Assembly: GCA_964610045.1 (NCBI GenBank)
Contig: CAZSUN010000005.1
Span: 15,787-79,786, forward strand
DNA: 64,000 nt
DNA from: an uncultured Sphaerobacteraceae bacterium
Lineage (GTDB): Bacteria; Chloroflexota; Chloroflexia; Thermomicrobiales; UBA6265
Reading direction: 5' to 3'
The translations under genes and the position numbers were made by a program. Every line of letters begins with the position of its first letter. Within the stretch, counting starts at the first letter, position 1. This document shows, piece after piece, positions 47,346 through 57,560 of the stretch. The notes below the pieces were generated by a model, which was not told the DNA's origin, did not search any database, and was given only the letters and a program-made list of their open reading frames with translations.

Positions 47346-48422
47346 GTGTTGCTCACGTCGCGAATGGCCCAGACGACGCGGAAGGACCCTTTGACCGACC
47401 ACCGACCAACCACCACCAGAATTCCGACTGATTCCGCCGCACCGTGGGATGGGCCGTTGCCAACCCTTGAGGATGTTTTCCGGGCGCGCGCAGTGATCCG
47501 GCAGCACCTGGCACCGACACCGCTGCTCCACGCCGAGGCATTGTCGGAGCGGCTTGGCTTCGATCTCCGCATCAAGTGCGAAAACGTGCAGCCAACCGGC
47601 GCGTTCAAGGTTCGAGGCGGCTTGTACTACATGAGCCGACTCGACGATGAATCCCGCGCCAGGGGCGTCGTGGCAGCATCGACAGGCAACCACGGCCAGT
47701 CGATCGCTTATGCCGCGCGCGAGTTTGGCTCCCGGGCTACCGTGTTCGTGCCGGAGGGAGCCAATCCGCTCAAAGTGGCCTCGATGCAGCGATTGGGCGC
47801 CGAGGTCATCGCCTTTGGGCGGGACTTCGACGATTGCCTGGACGAATCGAAACGCCACGCCGAGCGCACCGGCGCCGTATTCATTCACTCGGCGAACGAG
47901 CCGGACCTGATCGCGGGTGTCGCCACGCACACCCTGGAGATCATGGAGCAGGCGCCAGATACCGATGCGGTGTTCGTCGCAATCGGTGGCGGCAGCGGTT
48001 TGTGCGGTGCAGTGATCGCCGGAAAAGGCATCAAGCCGAATCTGGAGGTGACGGGTGTCCAGGCCGAACTCGCGCCGGTGGTTCGCGACTCGTGGCGGGC
48101 GCGAACCCTCCTGCAATACGAGACCGCGCCGACGTTCGCCGAGGGTGTGGCGACCCGGCAGGCGTTCTCCCTGCCGGCGGCAATTCTGTGGGATCGGGTT
48201 GACGATATCATGGTGGTATCAGATTCCGACCTGAAACGGTCGATGTTGACGCTTCTGGAAGCAACACGCCTGGTTGCGGAAGGAGCTGGCGCCGCGGGCC
48301 TGGCTGGCGCCTATCGCAAACGGGATTCGTTGCAGGGCAAGAAGGTGGTCGTGATCGTCTCGGGTGGCAACGTGACCCTCGATGGGCTGGCATTGGCGAT
48401 GCGAGAGGAGCGTGCGTGGTGA
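47346..48422 (+). CDS. Threonine/serine dehydratase (PLP fold-type II), no ACT domain evident
   Basis: PTGAFKVRGG (PLP lysine), ASTGNHGQS and GGGSGL motifs. Start GTG 47346 or ATG 47364. Confidence 0.85.
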   Translation: MLLTSRMAQTTRKDPLTDHRPTTTRIPTDSAAPWDGPLPTLEDVFRARAVIRQHLAPTPLLHAEALSERLGFDLRIKCENVQPTGAFKVRGGLYYMSRLDDESRARGVVAASTGNHGQSIAYAAREFGSRATVFVPEGANPLKVASMQRLGAEVIAFGRDFDDCLDESKRHAERTGAVFIHSANEPDLIAGVATHTLEIMEQAPDTDAVFVAIGGGSGLCGAVIAGKGIKPNLEVTGVQAELAPVVRDSWRARTLLQYETAPTFAEGVATRQAFSLPAAILWDRVDDIMVVSDSDLKRSMLTLLEATRLVAEGAGAAGLAGAYRKRDSLQGKKVVVIVSGGNVTLDGLALAMREERAW

Positions 48423-50581
48423 GTAGCTGGATGGAACGATTGGCGGGCAAGGGCAGGCGCGGCGGGAGCAGTGTCCTGGTCCAGATCTCGCGAGAAGTGG
48501 TTGGCAGGCGACGTTCGATCGCTGGCGCGGTGAGCGAAGTACGGCATCCGGCCGTGCTCGATGCCCTGTCCGACGACGACTTCCGCGTCCTCGACGATCT
48601 GATCGTGGAACGCATCGGGTCGGACCGGGAATTCGCCACCGTGCTTGCCCGGCTCACCCATGCCGCCGCGCACGCCAAGGGATTCGACCGGCAAACGGTC
48701 GACGCCGCCCTTCGACTCGATACGTTGTTGCCCACTGAAGACCCGGCACGGGAACGCGAGAAGCTACTGCGCGATGCTTACCGCGCGGCGCAGCGCGTGG
48801 GCTACGTACAGGGAGGCCGCAGGGCGCTCGCCAGGCTTGGCATGCGCGCGGTGGCGGCTGGAGATGGTGAACGGGCGAGGGTGCTGCTCCAGCAACAGAT
48901 CGATCTCGGACCCGAGCAAATGGATACCGACGATGAGGTCGACTCGGCGATCCTGCTCGGCGACATCCTCCGGCGCGACAGTGACGTACAGGGTGCGCAG
49001 GAACTCTACGAGCGGGCCGCGCGAGCGAGCGAGCGACTCGGATATGCCACCGGCCTCGCCCACGCGACGATGCGCGAGATCGATGTTCGCAAGGCGACGC
49101 TCGATCCCACCGAGCTCGCTGCGTTGCAGGAGCGCGCCGTGGAAGCAGCCGGACGCGCAGGCGATATCGCACTCGAAAGCAGGATGCTGGCCAACCTGGC
49201 GTCGACACTGGTCGGGTTGGGGCAACTGGACCAGGCCATCGACCGATACGAACAGGGTCTCGACCTCTCCCGGAGAATCGGCGATCTCGCGCTGGAAAAC
49301 CACTGCCTGGAAGCCCTGGCGCATGTGGAGCGCGAACTCGGCCGCATGGACGAGGTCGCCAGCCTGGAGGCGGAGCGAGTGAACGTGCAGGAGCGTCAGG
49401 GAAACCAGCCCGCAGCGGCCCAGGAAGCACTCCAGCACGGATCGACGTTGCTCTCCCTGGGCAGGCTCGACCAGGCACGCGTTGCCTTCCAGCGCGGTCT
49501 TGAATTCGCACGAGCTACTGGCGACGAGAACCTGGAACAGCGAGCCTACGGTGGGCTCGGCGTGACCTATTCGCAATCGAACATGCCAGTGGAAGCGCTG
49601 AACCACCTGATGCTCGCGCTCGACCTCTCGCGGGCCAGTGGTGACACCACCCACGAGGCCCAGTGGCTGGCCAGCATCGGCGAGGCGCTCTGGAAGTTCG
49701 ACCAGCCGGAGGATGCCATCAAGGCACTGCGGCAGGCGATTACCGCCGCCGAGCGCATAGAGGATGTGGACCTTCAGGCCGGCACGCTCTCGCTGCTTGG
49801 GCAAATCCACAGCTCGATCCGCCAGCCCGAACTCGCCGCCCGTGACTACCGCGCGGCACTCGACCTCTACCGGCACAGCGGTGATACGGAATCCGAGATC
49901 CAGGCATTGTCAGCACTTGGGGTGATCGCGATGGACGGAAACGATCCGGCCGGCGCCATCGCGCTCTATGACGAGGCGCTGCAACTCGCGGCCAGTACCG
50001 ACCAGCGAGCGGCAGCGGTGCGCATCTACGGGCGGCTCGCTCGCCTCGCGCAACGCCAGGGCGATGACGATGCCGCCCTGGAAGCGTTGGAACAGGCCGC
50101 GGCTCTGGCAGAGACGATTCCCAACCAGCGTCCCTTGTACGGTCAGGCGCTGCAGCACCTGGCGGTAGCGCAGGATGCCGCCGGTCTTCCGATCGCCATG
50201 GACACTTATGAGGAAGCACTCGATGTTGCCAGAGAAGTCGGCGACCTCTACGGCGAGACGATGCTGCTGGTGAACGTCGGCGCCCGGCTCCTGAGCCTCG
50301 GGGTGCAGGAGGATGGTGCGCACATCCTCGAACACGCCATTCGCCTCTCGGAGGATCTCGGACCGATCGGGATGAAGTTGCGGCAACGGGCGGAAGGCCT
50401 GCTCATGACCGTCCGCACGAGCAGCATGCAGGACGCAAGCCGGCGGCGGGAGCGCACCAGCCCGGAGACACGTTCCGCTTCCGCACCGGCGACGAAGTCA
50501 GTCGGGGTGCCGTCTGCGGCGGCCATCGCGCCGAGACAGGGTCCGACCGCAGGGCGCGCGGCCACTTTACCGCGCTCCTGA
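48416..50581 (+). CDS. Tetratricopeptide-repeat (TPR_12-like) protein
   Basis: More than 10 repeats of the pattern ...A..LG.....G....A...Y..AL.L.R..GD.... No NTPase motif. The start overlaps the dehydratase stop by 7 nt. Confidence 0.8.
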   Translation: MVSSWMERLAGKGRRGGSSVLVQISREVVGRRRSIAGAVSEVRHPAVLDALSDDDFRVLDDLIVERIGSDREFATVLARLTHAAAHAKGFDRQTVDAALRLDTLLPTEDPAREREKLLRDAYRAAQRVGYVQGGRRALARLGMRAVAAGDGERARVLLQQQIDLGPEQMDTDDEVDSAILLGDILRRDSDVQGAQELYERAARASERLGYATGLAHATMREIDVRKATLDPTELAALQERAVEAAGRAGDIALESRMLANLASTLVGLGQLDQAIDRYEQGLDLSRRIGDLALENHCLEALAHVERELGRMDEVASLEAERVNVQERQGNQPAAAQEALQHGSTLLSLGRLDQARVAFQRGLEFARATGDENLEQRAYGGLGVTYSQSNMPVEALNHLMLALDLSRASGDTTHEAQWLASIGEALWKFDQPEDAIKALRQAITAAERIEDVDLQAGTLSLLGQIHSSIRQPELAARDYRAALDLYRHSGDTESEIQALSALGVIAMDGNDPAGAIALYDEALQLAASTDQRAAAVRIYGRLARLAQRQGDDDAALEALEQAAALAETIPNQRPLYGQALQHLAVAQDAAGLPIAMDTYEEALDVAREVGDLYGETMLLVNVGARLLSLGVQEDGAHILEHAIRLSEDLGPIGMKLRQRAEGLLMTVRTSSMQDASRRRERTSPETRSASAPATKSVGVPSAAAIAPRQGPTAGRAATLPRS

Positions 50582-50777
50582 ACCTTCAAGATACGATGAC
50601 GGCCGGGTCGATGATTTCGACCCGGCCTTTCGTTGGTGACTATACTCGACGCGCGGCGAACGAACGCCCGCATCGACCTGGCAGACAAGGCATCGGAATC
50701 CGGTTCGTGTATTTCGTGACAGACAGGGACAGGCGGATCGACCACCAGCCTCGACGGGGCCACCCGCCGGCTGAACC

Positions 50778-53156
50778 GTGCGTGCGCTCCGGCTGGCACA
50801 TCCCATGACACTGTCTGCCCCGACCTCGGTTGGATTCTCGGTCGTGGCCGGGCTGCCGGCTGACGCGCGCCAGTGGATTACGGTGGACCTGGCCGGGTAT
50901 CCCGGCTCTGGGCGACGGGGCTACATCGTCGCCGCCGAGCCGATCGGCAGCGCCTGGAACGCGCTCACGATTTCCACCCGGATCCGTGATGTCATCATTG
51001 CCGAACTCCGGCGGCGGCAGCACATGCCAGTGGATGAGGCGCTCGGGCGGGCGCTGGCGGTGGCGAATGGCGTCGTCGCGAATCAGGGGAAGGATCAGGC
51101 GCTCAACGGGCCGGAACGGGCACCGCTCGTAGGGGTGACCGCGGTGGTCTTCGACGACCAGCAGGCGACGATTGCGCACCTTCCGCCAGGACAGCTCGTC
51201 CTGATCCAGGACGGGTTGATCTATACCGTCCCGGACTTCGACTCCTGGTTCCCTGTCTACCAGCCTCGCGACATTCCCGGCAATCAGGCCGAGCCACTCG
51301 GATATGCGCGTTGGACCGCGCCCCTGATCGCCCAGACCGACCTGCGGCCTGGCGATACCCTGATCCTGACCAGCCAGGATCTGGGCCGGGCAATTGCCGA
51401 GGAACTGGCGGGTTCGGGACTCGATGCCAACGACCTGGCGAAGTTGCATCATCGTGATCCCGACCAGGTCCTGGATTTCGTCCGCGAGATCGCGATCGAC
51501 CGCGACATGCATGCGGCCGCGGCGGCAGTCGTCAGCTTCCCGCCACTCCCAAGCAGCCACGAGATCCAGACATTCGCCGATGTGAAGCGACGGACCGGAG
51601 ATCGCTGGCATCACTTCCGCGCTGTGATGCGGCCGGCGGAGAAGCAGCCAAAGCCCGAGATCATTCCACCGCCGGACGAGCACCAGGCGGAGATTGCACC
51701 GGACAGCACGCCCGCGCCACAGCAACCATCCCGGCCAAATCAGGCACTCCAGCGCGTCAACCGGGTGTTCGAACCTCGCGCAACGCGTCAGTCGTTGTGG
51801 CGGCGTCCCCCCGAGCACACCCAGCTCGGCGTGCCGGCGAAGCATGGCGTCGACCTGTTCCGCGGCCAAACGCACTACATGGGCGACACAAGTTGGCGAC
51901 ATAACCTGCCGCGACTTCCCATCATCGGAGCCGCCTGGATTTGGCCGCTCCTGCTCCTGGCTATCGCCGGGTTCGTGCTCGGGGCGATGTCGATCCGCGA
52001 GCGGTATGCCGAGCCGGCCATTGATATCGACACGACGATCGAGCAAATCGATCGCTCGATCGTGGCGGCGCGAGACGAAGACGATCCGGTAGAAGCGGCG
52101 GCGGAACTGACGGAGATTCTGGGCCAGATCGATTCCGCACGCGCGCAGTCCATTCCGGGCGACCTGCTCGACCAGCGGGAGGTGGTGGTCACCGAGTTGC
52201 TGGACGATGTGACCAATGTGGTGCGGACAAGTGATGTCCAGCGAATCGGCAGCCTGCCTGAGGAGTTTGGAGAGGCCCGAGTGCAGGGAATTTCCACTCC
52301 GGCCGGTGTCTTTTTCGTCGCGGGCAGCCTGTACCAGTATCGCCCCAGTGTCTCCAACGAGACACCGGAACTCGTCACCATTCTGGAGGAAGGGGCGACG
52401 ATAGGATCGACCACGGTTGGCAGTCTCTGGGGCGTCGCCTTCGATGTCTACGGGCTCTATGCAACTGACGGCAATTCCGTATTCCTGCTGCCAGTCGAAT
52501 CGCAACAGTGGCAGGCGGTGGAACTGGGCCGGATCAACAACCAGGAATGGAGCCCGGGGCCTGTCGCCGCATTCGATGGCGCGCTCTACCTGTTGCAGTC
52601 CGAGTATCGCCAGATATACCGGTTTCCAGTCGTCGGGACGGAAGACGTGGCGGTCCCACGTGACTGGCTCCTGACCGGCGCCCGCGACCGGATCAACGAC
52701 GCAACCGATATCGCCATCGACGGCAAAATCTACGTGCTCCTTGACGATGGTACGGTTCAGGTGATGTTGCGCGGTGACCTGTCCGACGTGCTCGAACCGG
52801 CGTACATCGAGCCGGATGTTGCGATCGCCCTGGCCGGCCCGGGAGGTTCGGGGTACCTCTACGAGGTCGTGAGTGTTGAAGACACCGACGATGGGCGAAT
52901 CGTCGCCTTCGATACCAATGGCCAAAACGCCGTCCAGTTGCGGCTGCCGATCGGGTTCACTACCGGTGACGTGGACGTGCGGATGCCGTTCGACGGAGTG
53001 CAGGACGTTATCGTGGATGAATCGACGGGCACAATCTACATCATCAACGCCGATGCAGTCTGGACGACCCGGTATTCGCTTCCCGATCTTCCGGTAGAGG
53101 CAGTTGAGGGAAGCAGCGAAGACGATGGTGACACCGACAGCACCCCAGTCCCGTGA
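50778..53156 (+). CDS. Large hypothetical protein: PP2C-like (probably inactive) N-domain, one TM segment, repeat-rich C-terminal domain
   Basis: 792 aa. 19/23 G/C at third positions in a hand sample (52800-52868). PP2C-like strand pattern VGVTAVVFDDQQATIAHLPPGQLVLIQDG. TM segment IIGAAWIWPLLLLAIAGFVLGAM. C-terminal repeats (IYRFP, GKIYVLLDDGTV, GTIYIINADAV). Confidence 0.75.
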   Translation: MRALRLAHPMTLSAPTSVGFSVVAGLPADARQWITVDLAGYPGSGRRGYIVAAEPIGSAWNALTISTRIRDVIIAELRRRQHMPVDEALGRALAVANGVVANQGKDQALNGPERAPLVGVTAVVFDDQQATIAHLPPGQLVLIQDGLIYTVPDFDSWFPVYQPRDIPGNQAEPLGYARWTAPLIAQTDLRPGDTLILTSQDLGRAIAEELAGSGLDANDLAKLHHRDPDQVLDFVREIAIDRDMHAAAAAVVSFPPLPSSHEIQTFADVKRRTGDRWHHFRAVMRPAEKQPKPEIIPPPDEHQAEIAPDSTPAPQQPSRPNQALQRVNRVFEPRATRQSLWRRPPEHTQLGVPAKHGVDLFRGQTHYMGDTSWRHNLPRLPIIGAAWIWPLLLLAIAGFVLGAMSIRERYAEPAIDIDTTIEQIDRSIVAARDEDDPVEAAAELTEILGQIDSARAQSIPGDLLDQREVVVTELLDDVTNVVRTSDVQRIGSLPEEFGEARVQGISTPAGVFFVAGSLYQYRPSVSNETPELVTILEEGATIGSTTVGSLWGVAFDVYGLYATDGNSVFLLPVESQQWQAVELGRINNQEWSPGPVAAFDGALYLLQSEYRQIYRFPVVGTEDVAVPRDWLLTGARDRINDATDIAIDGKIYVLLDDGTVQVMLRGDLSDVLEPAYIEPDVAIALAGPGGSGYLYEVVSVEDTDDGRIVAFDTNGQNAVQLRLPIGFTTGDVDVRMPFDGVQDVIVDESTGTIYIINADAVWTTRYSLPDLPVEAVEGSSEDDGDTDSTPVP

Positions 53157-53330
53157 TTCCGCGGCGCATGACGGCTGCACTCTACGGTGTGTCTGGCCTG
53201 TCCCGCGATGCCAATCCGGACGCGACCTGCTTCGCTGCCTTCGGCTCCGCCTCGGGAGAGGCACAGGTCGTCCCTCCGAAGCAAGGCTATCGATCACGCC
53301 GAGGCGATGCAACGCGATCGTTGGTACACG

Positions 53331-53366
53331 AAAACGCGCCCTGGCTGATTAGCCAGGGCGCGTTTC
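53331..53366. terminator. Bidirectional intrinsic terminator
   Basis: AAAACGCGCCCTGGCT-gatt-AGCCAGGGCGCGTTTC, between convergent genes. Confidence 0.85.
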
Positions 53367-53392
53367 ACTTGCATGGTAGCGGCAGGCGCTGG

Positions 53393-53632
53393 CTAGCTGT
53401 AGAAGCTCGCGTTCTTCGCCTTGAAGGCCGCCCACTGTTCTGGAAGGTCGTCCTCGAAGAAGATGGCCTCGACCGGGCATACCTCGGCGCAGACGCCGCA
53501 ATCGATGCATTCGGACGGATTGATGAAATACTGTTCCTGATCGTCTTCCGAATGGATGCAGTCAACCGGGCAAACCTCGACGCAGGACGCGTCCTTGGTG
53601 CCGATACATGGTTGAGCGATGACGTATGCCAT
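53393..53632 (-). CDS. fdxA: Ferredoxin (7Fe-type, 3Fe-4S/4Fe-4S)
   Basis: MAYVIAQPCIGTKDASCVEVCPVDCI...CIDCGVCAEVCPVEAI. GAGGAG SD. The track N-terminal extension to 54055 is rejected. Confidence 0.9.
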   Translation of the reverse strand: MAYVIAQPCIGTKDASCVEVCPVDCIHSEDDQEQYFINPSECIDCGVCAEVCPVEAIFFEDDLPEQWAAFKAKNASFYS

Positions 53633-53743
53633 GCGCGTCACTCCTCTCCCCAGGGGAAGGATGGGGCCTTGTGTGGAAACTGGTCGCTGGGCCCGCTTCG
53701 TCGCGTACGGCGCTCGTCGAAGACGAACTCGCAGGCAATGATG

Positions 53744-53771
53744 AGTATAGCAATCCCGGTATCCGGCGCAA
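53744..53771 (-). promoter_or_regulatory. Possible promoter for ferredoxin gene
   Basis: Minus strand TTGCGC (53771-53766), 16 nt, TATACT (53749-53744). Confidence 0.35.
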
Positions 53772-53894
53772 CGTCGAGAAGGCATGTCCTTCCGGGCTGG
53801 CGGCGCGAGCCTCGCCGCTCCGTTACTGCCGGGGTACAGTGACCTCCGGTGCGTTGCCGTGCCATGGATCAACCGTATCCCAACGACAAAGGTG

Positions 53895-54164
53895 ATGATT
53901 GCGATGGATATCCTGGGCATGAGTGAAGACGAGTTGTACGGGTACCTCAAGGATCTGTTACACGAGGAAGCGGAAGAAGCCGCCGGCGTCACCGGCAAGA
54001 CGGTGGAAGAGGAACTCGATTCGCCAGGTTTCGCTGCTGCCGGCGCAGCTTCCACCTACGCAATCAAGCTCATCCTGGCGAACAACGCCTTCATCACCCG
54101 GCAGTTGCTCGATCTCGGGATATTCGGGACAGATGACGCGGAGACGAGCGAGGCCGCCGGATAG
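53895..54164 (+). CDS. Small acidic hypothetical protein
   Basis: About 87-90 aa, high GC3 by eye. AAGGTG upstream of ATG 53904 (alternative ATG 53895). No family recognised. Confidence 0.4.
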   Translation: MIAMDILGMSEDELYGYLKDLLHEEAEEAAGVTGKTVEEELDSPGFAAAGAASTYAIKLILANNAFITRQLLDLGIFGTDDAETSEAAG

Positions 54165-54242
54165 ACCGGATACCAGCTTCGGAACCATCTGCATGCGGCC
54201 AGCCACATTGAATGGCTGGCCGCTCGCCTATTCGAGGCTGGA

Positions 54243-55904
54243 TCAGCGAATGCGGAGGATGCGCCATGGATCGGGCATCGCTTCGACGGGGATCTCGATC
54301 AGTGTCGGTTCATTGGCCTTGATCGACTCCGCAAGATGGGTGCGCAAGGCTTCGGGCGTGGTGGCGCGCCGGCCGGTCACACCAAACGCTTCCGCAAGCT
54401 TCAGGTAGTCAGGGTTCACGAGATCCGAGGCGATTGTCCGGCCGTCGAACTCCGTCTTCTGGATCCGGCGCACGTTCCCGTAGGCTGAATCGTTGAAAAC
54501 CAGGGTGATGCTGGCGATACCGTGCTGGGCCTGCGTCGCAAGCTCGTTGAGGGCAAACCCGAAGCCGCCATCGCCGTTGACCGATACCACAACCTTGTCC
54601 GGCGCTCCCACCTTTACGCCAAGGGAGGTCGGGAATCCCCAGCCAAGCGTACCCTGGTAGCCGGGCGTGAAATAGGTGCCAGGTTCATACACCGGGAAAC
54701 CGAGGCTGGACCAGTAGGTGACCTGTGTCATTTCCCCGACGCAAATGCCATCGTCAGGCAGTTCGGCCCGGATGGCGAGGGCATAGGCAGACTGCGGTTG
54801 AATGGCGTTGACCTTCTCCCGGGCGGCGGCGGCAAGGCTTGTGAACTCCTTCTCGCGCGACGGGCGGGAGCGGTTGTGAACCGCCACGCGTTCCACGAGA
54901 GCGGCCAACCCTGCCTGCGCATCGGCCTCGATGCCAAGACTGACCGGGCGATTGCGTCCGATTTCCTCGACATCGATATCGAGCTGGATAATGGTGCGAT
55001 CGCCCTTCACCCCCCAGGGCTGGGTGGCCGCCTCTACGAAGCGGGTGCCGACAACCAGGACGACATCGGCATCTGGGATGATTTCGCGCACAGCTGTCGG
55101 CGTCTGGGCCAGATAGTGGCGCGCGCTAATCGCGCCCTTCCCATTGGTGGACATCACCACGGGTGCCTGCAGCAGTTCCGCCAGTTCCAGAAGTTCAGCC
55201 GTGGCTCCAGAGCGAATAACCCCACCACCAGCGAAGATCATCGGGTTGGTGGCGCTCCCGAGCAGGCGCGCTGCCTCCTCGATGCGATCGGGATCGCCTG
55301 CCGATCGCTCGGGACGTTTGACGCCCGGAAGCAGCGTCACCTCTTCACGGGAGAACAGGATGTCGGGCGGCACTTCCACCTCGACCGGGCGAACGCGCCC
55401 CGACCACATGGCCGTGACCGCGTCGTTGACGAGCGCCGGCACGGCCTCAGCAGTCATGGCCCGGCCCGCGAACTTGGTGACAGACCGGATCATTTCGACC
55501 TGGTCGCGAATCTCGTGGAGTTGTCCCCTGCCCACACCGATCAGGTCGGACTGGATCTGACCGGTCACGCAGAGCACCGGACTGTTGCAGGCGTAGGCAG
55601 TCGCAAGTGCCGCCGATGCGTTGAGCAGGCCTGGACCGGGTACGACGAAACAGGTGCCGATCTTGCCGGTGACCCGGGCGTACCCGTCGGCCATGTAGGC
55701 GGCGGTCTGCTCGTGACGTGGGTGAATGACCCGAACCAGGCCATCGGCGACCGCGTCATAGAGGGCATCGAACGCGCCGTCGAGCTGGACACCGGGGAGT
55801 GCGAAAATCGTGTCCACGTCCTGTGCGAGGATCGAGGCGACGAGTGCCTGCCCACCGGTCATGGTGGCGGTGGTCGTGGTGGTCCGTTCGGATGTGCTGA
55901 TCAC
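54243..55904 (-). CDS. Thiamine-pyrophosphate-dependent enzyme (acetolactate synthase-like paralog)
   Basis: TPP_enzyme N/M/C pattern: FALPGVQLDGAFDAL, VPGPGLLNA, GTLGWGFPTSLG, NGDGGFGF. Confidence 0.88.
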   Translation of the reverse strand: MISTSERTTTTTATMTGGQALVASILAQDVDTIFALPGVQLDGAFDALYDAVADGLVRVIHPRHEQTAAYMADGYARVTGKIGTCFVVPGPGLLNASAALATAYACNSPVLCVTGQIQSDLIGVGRGQLHEIRDQVEMIRSVTKFAGRAMTAEAVPALVNDAVTAMWSGRVRPVEVEVPPDILFSREEVTLLPGVKRPERSAGDPDRIEEAARLLGSATNPMIFAGGGVIRSGATAELLELAELLQAPVVMSTNGKGAISARHYLAQTPTAVREIIPDADVVLVVGTRFVEAATQPWGVKGDRTIIQLDIDVEEIGRNRPVSLGIEADAQAGLAALVERVAVHNRSRPSREKEFTSLAAAAREKVNAIQPQSAYALAIRAELPDDGICVGEMTQVTYWSSLGFPVYEPGTYFTPGYQGTLGWGFPTSLGVKVGAPDKVVVSVNGDGGFGFALNELATQAQHGIASITLVFNDSAYGNVRRIQKTEFDGRTIASDLVNPDYLKLAEAFGVTGRRATTPEALRTHLAESIKANEPTLIEIPVEAMPDPWRILRIR

Positions 55905-56040
55905 GATGTTGTCTCCGTTGGAATGACGTGCGCCCAGGCTGGCGGGAAACGTGGCGCTGGGCGACCCAAGGGTCGAGAACAGGCTCTCGATGCTGCGGAC
56001 TGTTGCCGAATTGTACCCATACCAGCAGACGGGAACGCGT

Positions 56041-57414
56041 TCAGGAGACCCAGTACCACAATGCGAACTGCATCGTCAGCAGGACGAGCAGGACGGATGA
56101 GATGCTCGCCAGGGCGATGCCTACCGACCGGTTCCGAACCAGCAAGGCGATGATTACGAACAGGGGAAACAGTGGCAGGACGAACCGCGGCATACTCATC
56201 AACGGATTGACCGAACTTGGCGTGAGGAGAGGGACAACCAGGGCCGGGATGACGAGGGCGGTGTAGTACAACGGCACCATGCGCACGGCGACCACGACCA
56301 ACATGATCGCGGCGATGGACACGAGCAACTCCAGGACATGACTTTCGCCGAACCGGTAGCGGAACTCGCTCGAAGAAAAGAATGACCAGTTCAGGTTGTT
56401 CCAGAGAGATCCGAACCAGCCCCAGTCAGTCGGATAGACCGTGGCTGGGCCACTCTGGCCGGAAATGAAACGAACCTCCGCGACGCACCCATTGACCGCG
56501 CAGTCAAACGTTCGCCACGGGTTCGCGGAGAACCGGTTCCATTGCCACTGCTGGTCGGCCCAATCGAGGTAGTCGAGCCCGGAACGGCGGAGGATCCAGC
56601 CAAAGATGACCGGACCGAGGGCGGGCAAGGCGGCGGCGAACGCGCGCGGGAACCAGGCACGCAGGTTCCAGCCGAATTGCTGGATGAAGAGAATGCCGAA
56701 GGGGGCAAGGATCATCACGCCGGCGGAGCGGGTGAGGGCCGCAAGGAGTCCGACCAGCCCCGCGAGGAGCCACTCGCCACGCCGAGCGTAGTAGAGGGCG
56801 GCGGCAATGAGGAGCAGGAACAGTGACTCGGTGTAAATGGCGTTGAAGAAGAATGCTGTGGGGAACAATGCCAGTGCCCAGAGTGTTCGCCGGGCGATGG
56901 AGACGTCGAAATCGAGCATCACAAGCCGGTAGACGTAATACAACGCACCGGCAAAGGCGAGGTTCGAAATGAGATACCCGATCGTCTCGGGTGACCAGCC
57001 GGTGACTTCGGACCCAACGCGCATCAACCACGGATACAGCGGCCAGAAAGCCGCGGTGGCGGGTAGATTGGGATCGTAGCCGCCCGTCGCCACGAGGTGG
57101 TACCAGGTGCCGTCCCAGCTGCGAAAGGGTTCGACCAGCCAGTGGGCGAGTCCTTCGAGCGGGGGGAGGACGACTCCATAGGCTCCGGACTCAGGACCAT
57201 AGTCCGGGACATAGCGACCGGAGCGAGGTGGATCCATGCGAACGGAGCGAAGGGTCCCGAAGTGGTAGGCCAGCGTGGCCGGCACCTGGGTGAGGACGAA
57301 GTGGACCGCCCAGACCACCAGCGGGAACTGCCAGACGCTGGCCAGGGACCGTGCCGAGGGGCGCGATCTGCCGCGTGGCTTCACCGTCTCGATCCGCGCC
57401 GTCTCGCTGCTCAC
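56041..57414 (-). CDS. Polytopic membrane glycosyltransferase, PIG-V/mannosyltransferase-like
   Basis: FRSWDGTWYHLVATGGY...AAFWPLYPW motif region and more than 10 TM segments. Start set at GTG 57414 (AGGGG SD), because the track start 57627 would overlap the divergent SDR gene. Confidence 0.7.
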   Translation of the reverse strand: MSSETARIETVKPRGRSRPSARSLASVWQFPLVVWAVHFVLTQVPATLAYHFGTLRSVRMDPPRSGRYVPDYGPESGAYGVVLPPLEGLAHWLVEPFRSWDGTWYHLVATGGYDPNLPATAAFWPLYPWLMRVGSEVTGWSPETIGYLISNLAFAGALYYVYRLVMLDFDVSIARRTLWALALFPTAFFFNAIYTESLFLLLIAAALYYARRGEWLLAGLVGLLAALTRSAGVMILAPFGILFIQQFGWNLRAWFPRAFAAALPALGPVIFGWILRRSGLDYLDWADQQWQWNRFSANPWRTFDCAVNGCVAEVRFISGQSGPATVYPTDWGWFGSLWNNLNWSFFSSSEFRYRFGESHVLELLVSIAAIMLVVVAVRMVPLYYTALVIPALVVPLLTPSSVNPLMSMPRFVLPLFPLFVIIALLVRNRSVGIALASISSVLLVLLTMQFALWYWVS

Positions 57415-57560
57415 ACTGGCCCCTTGCTTGTGATCGGTGGCGGGATGTGGAGAATGGGCGCCGTCGATCCGGGCGTCATTCGCCGCACAAGCATAGGGCG
57501 CTCGCCGCGCCATACGCCAACCGGCTGGTGCGGCAAAACCACAGGAACGAGGAGGTTTGC

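Noticed and set aside
50640-53312. 890-aa ORF antisense to the 792-aa gene, the longest ORF in the window
   Set aside because: The translation is Arg/His/Pro/Gly-rich and motif-free. The plus-strand frame shows 19/23 G/C at third positions in a hand sample and has protein-like composition. This is a typical high-GC shadow ORF.
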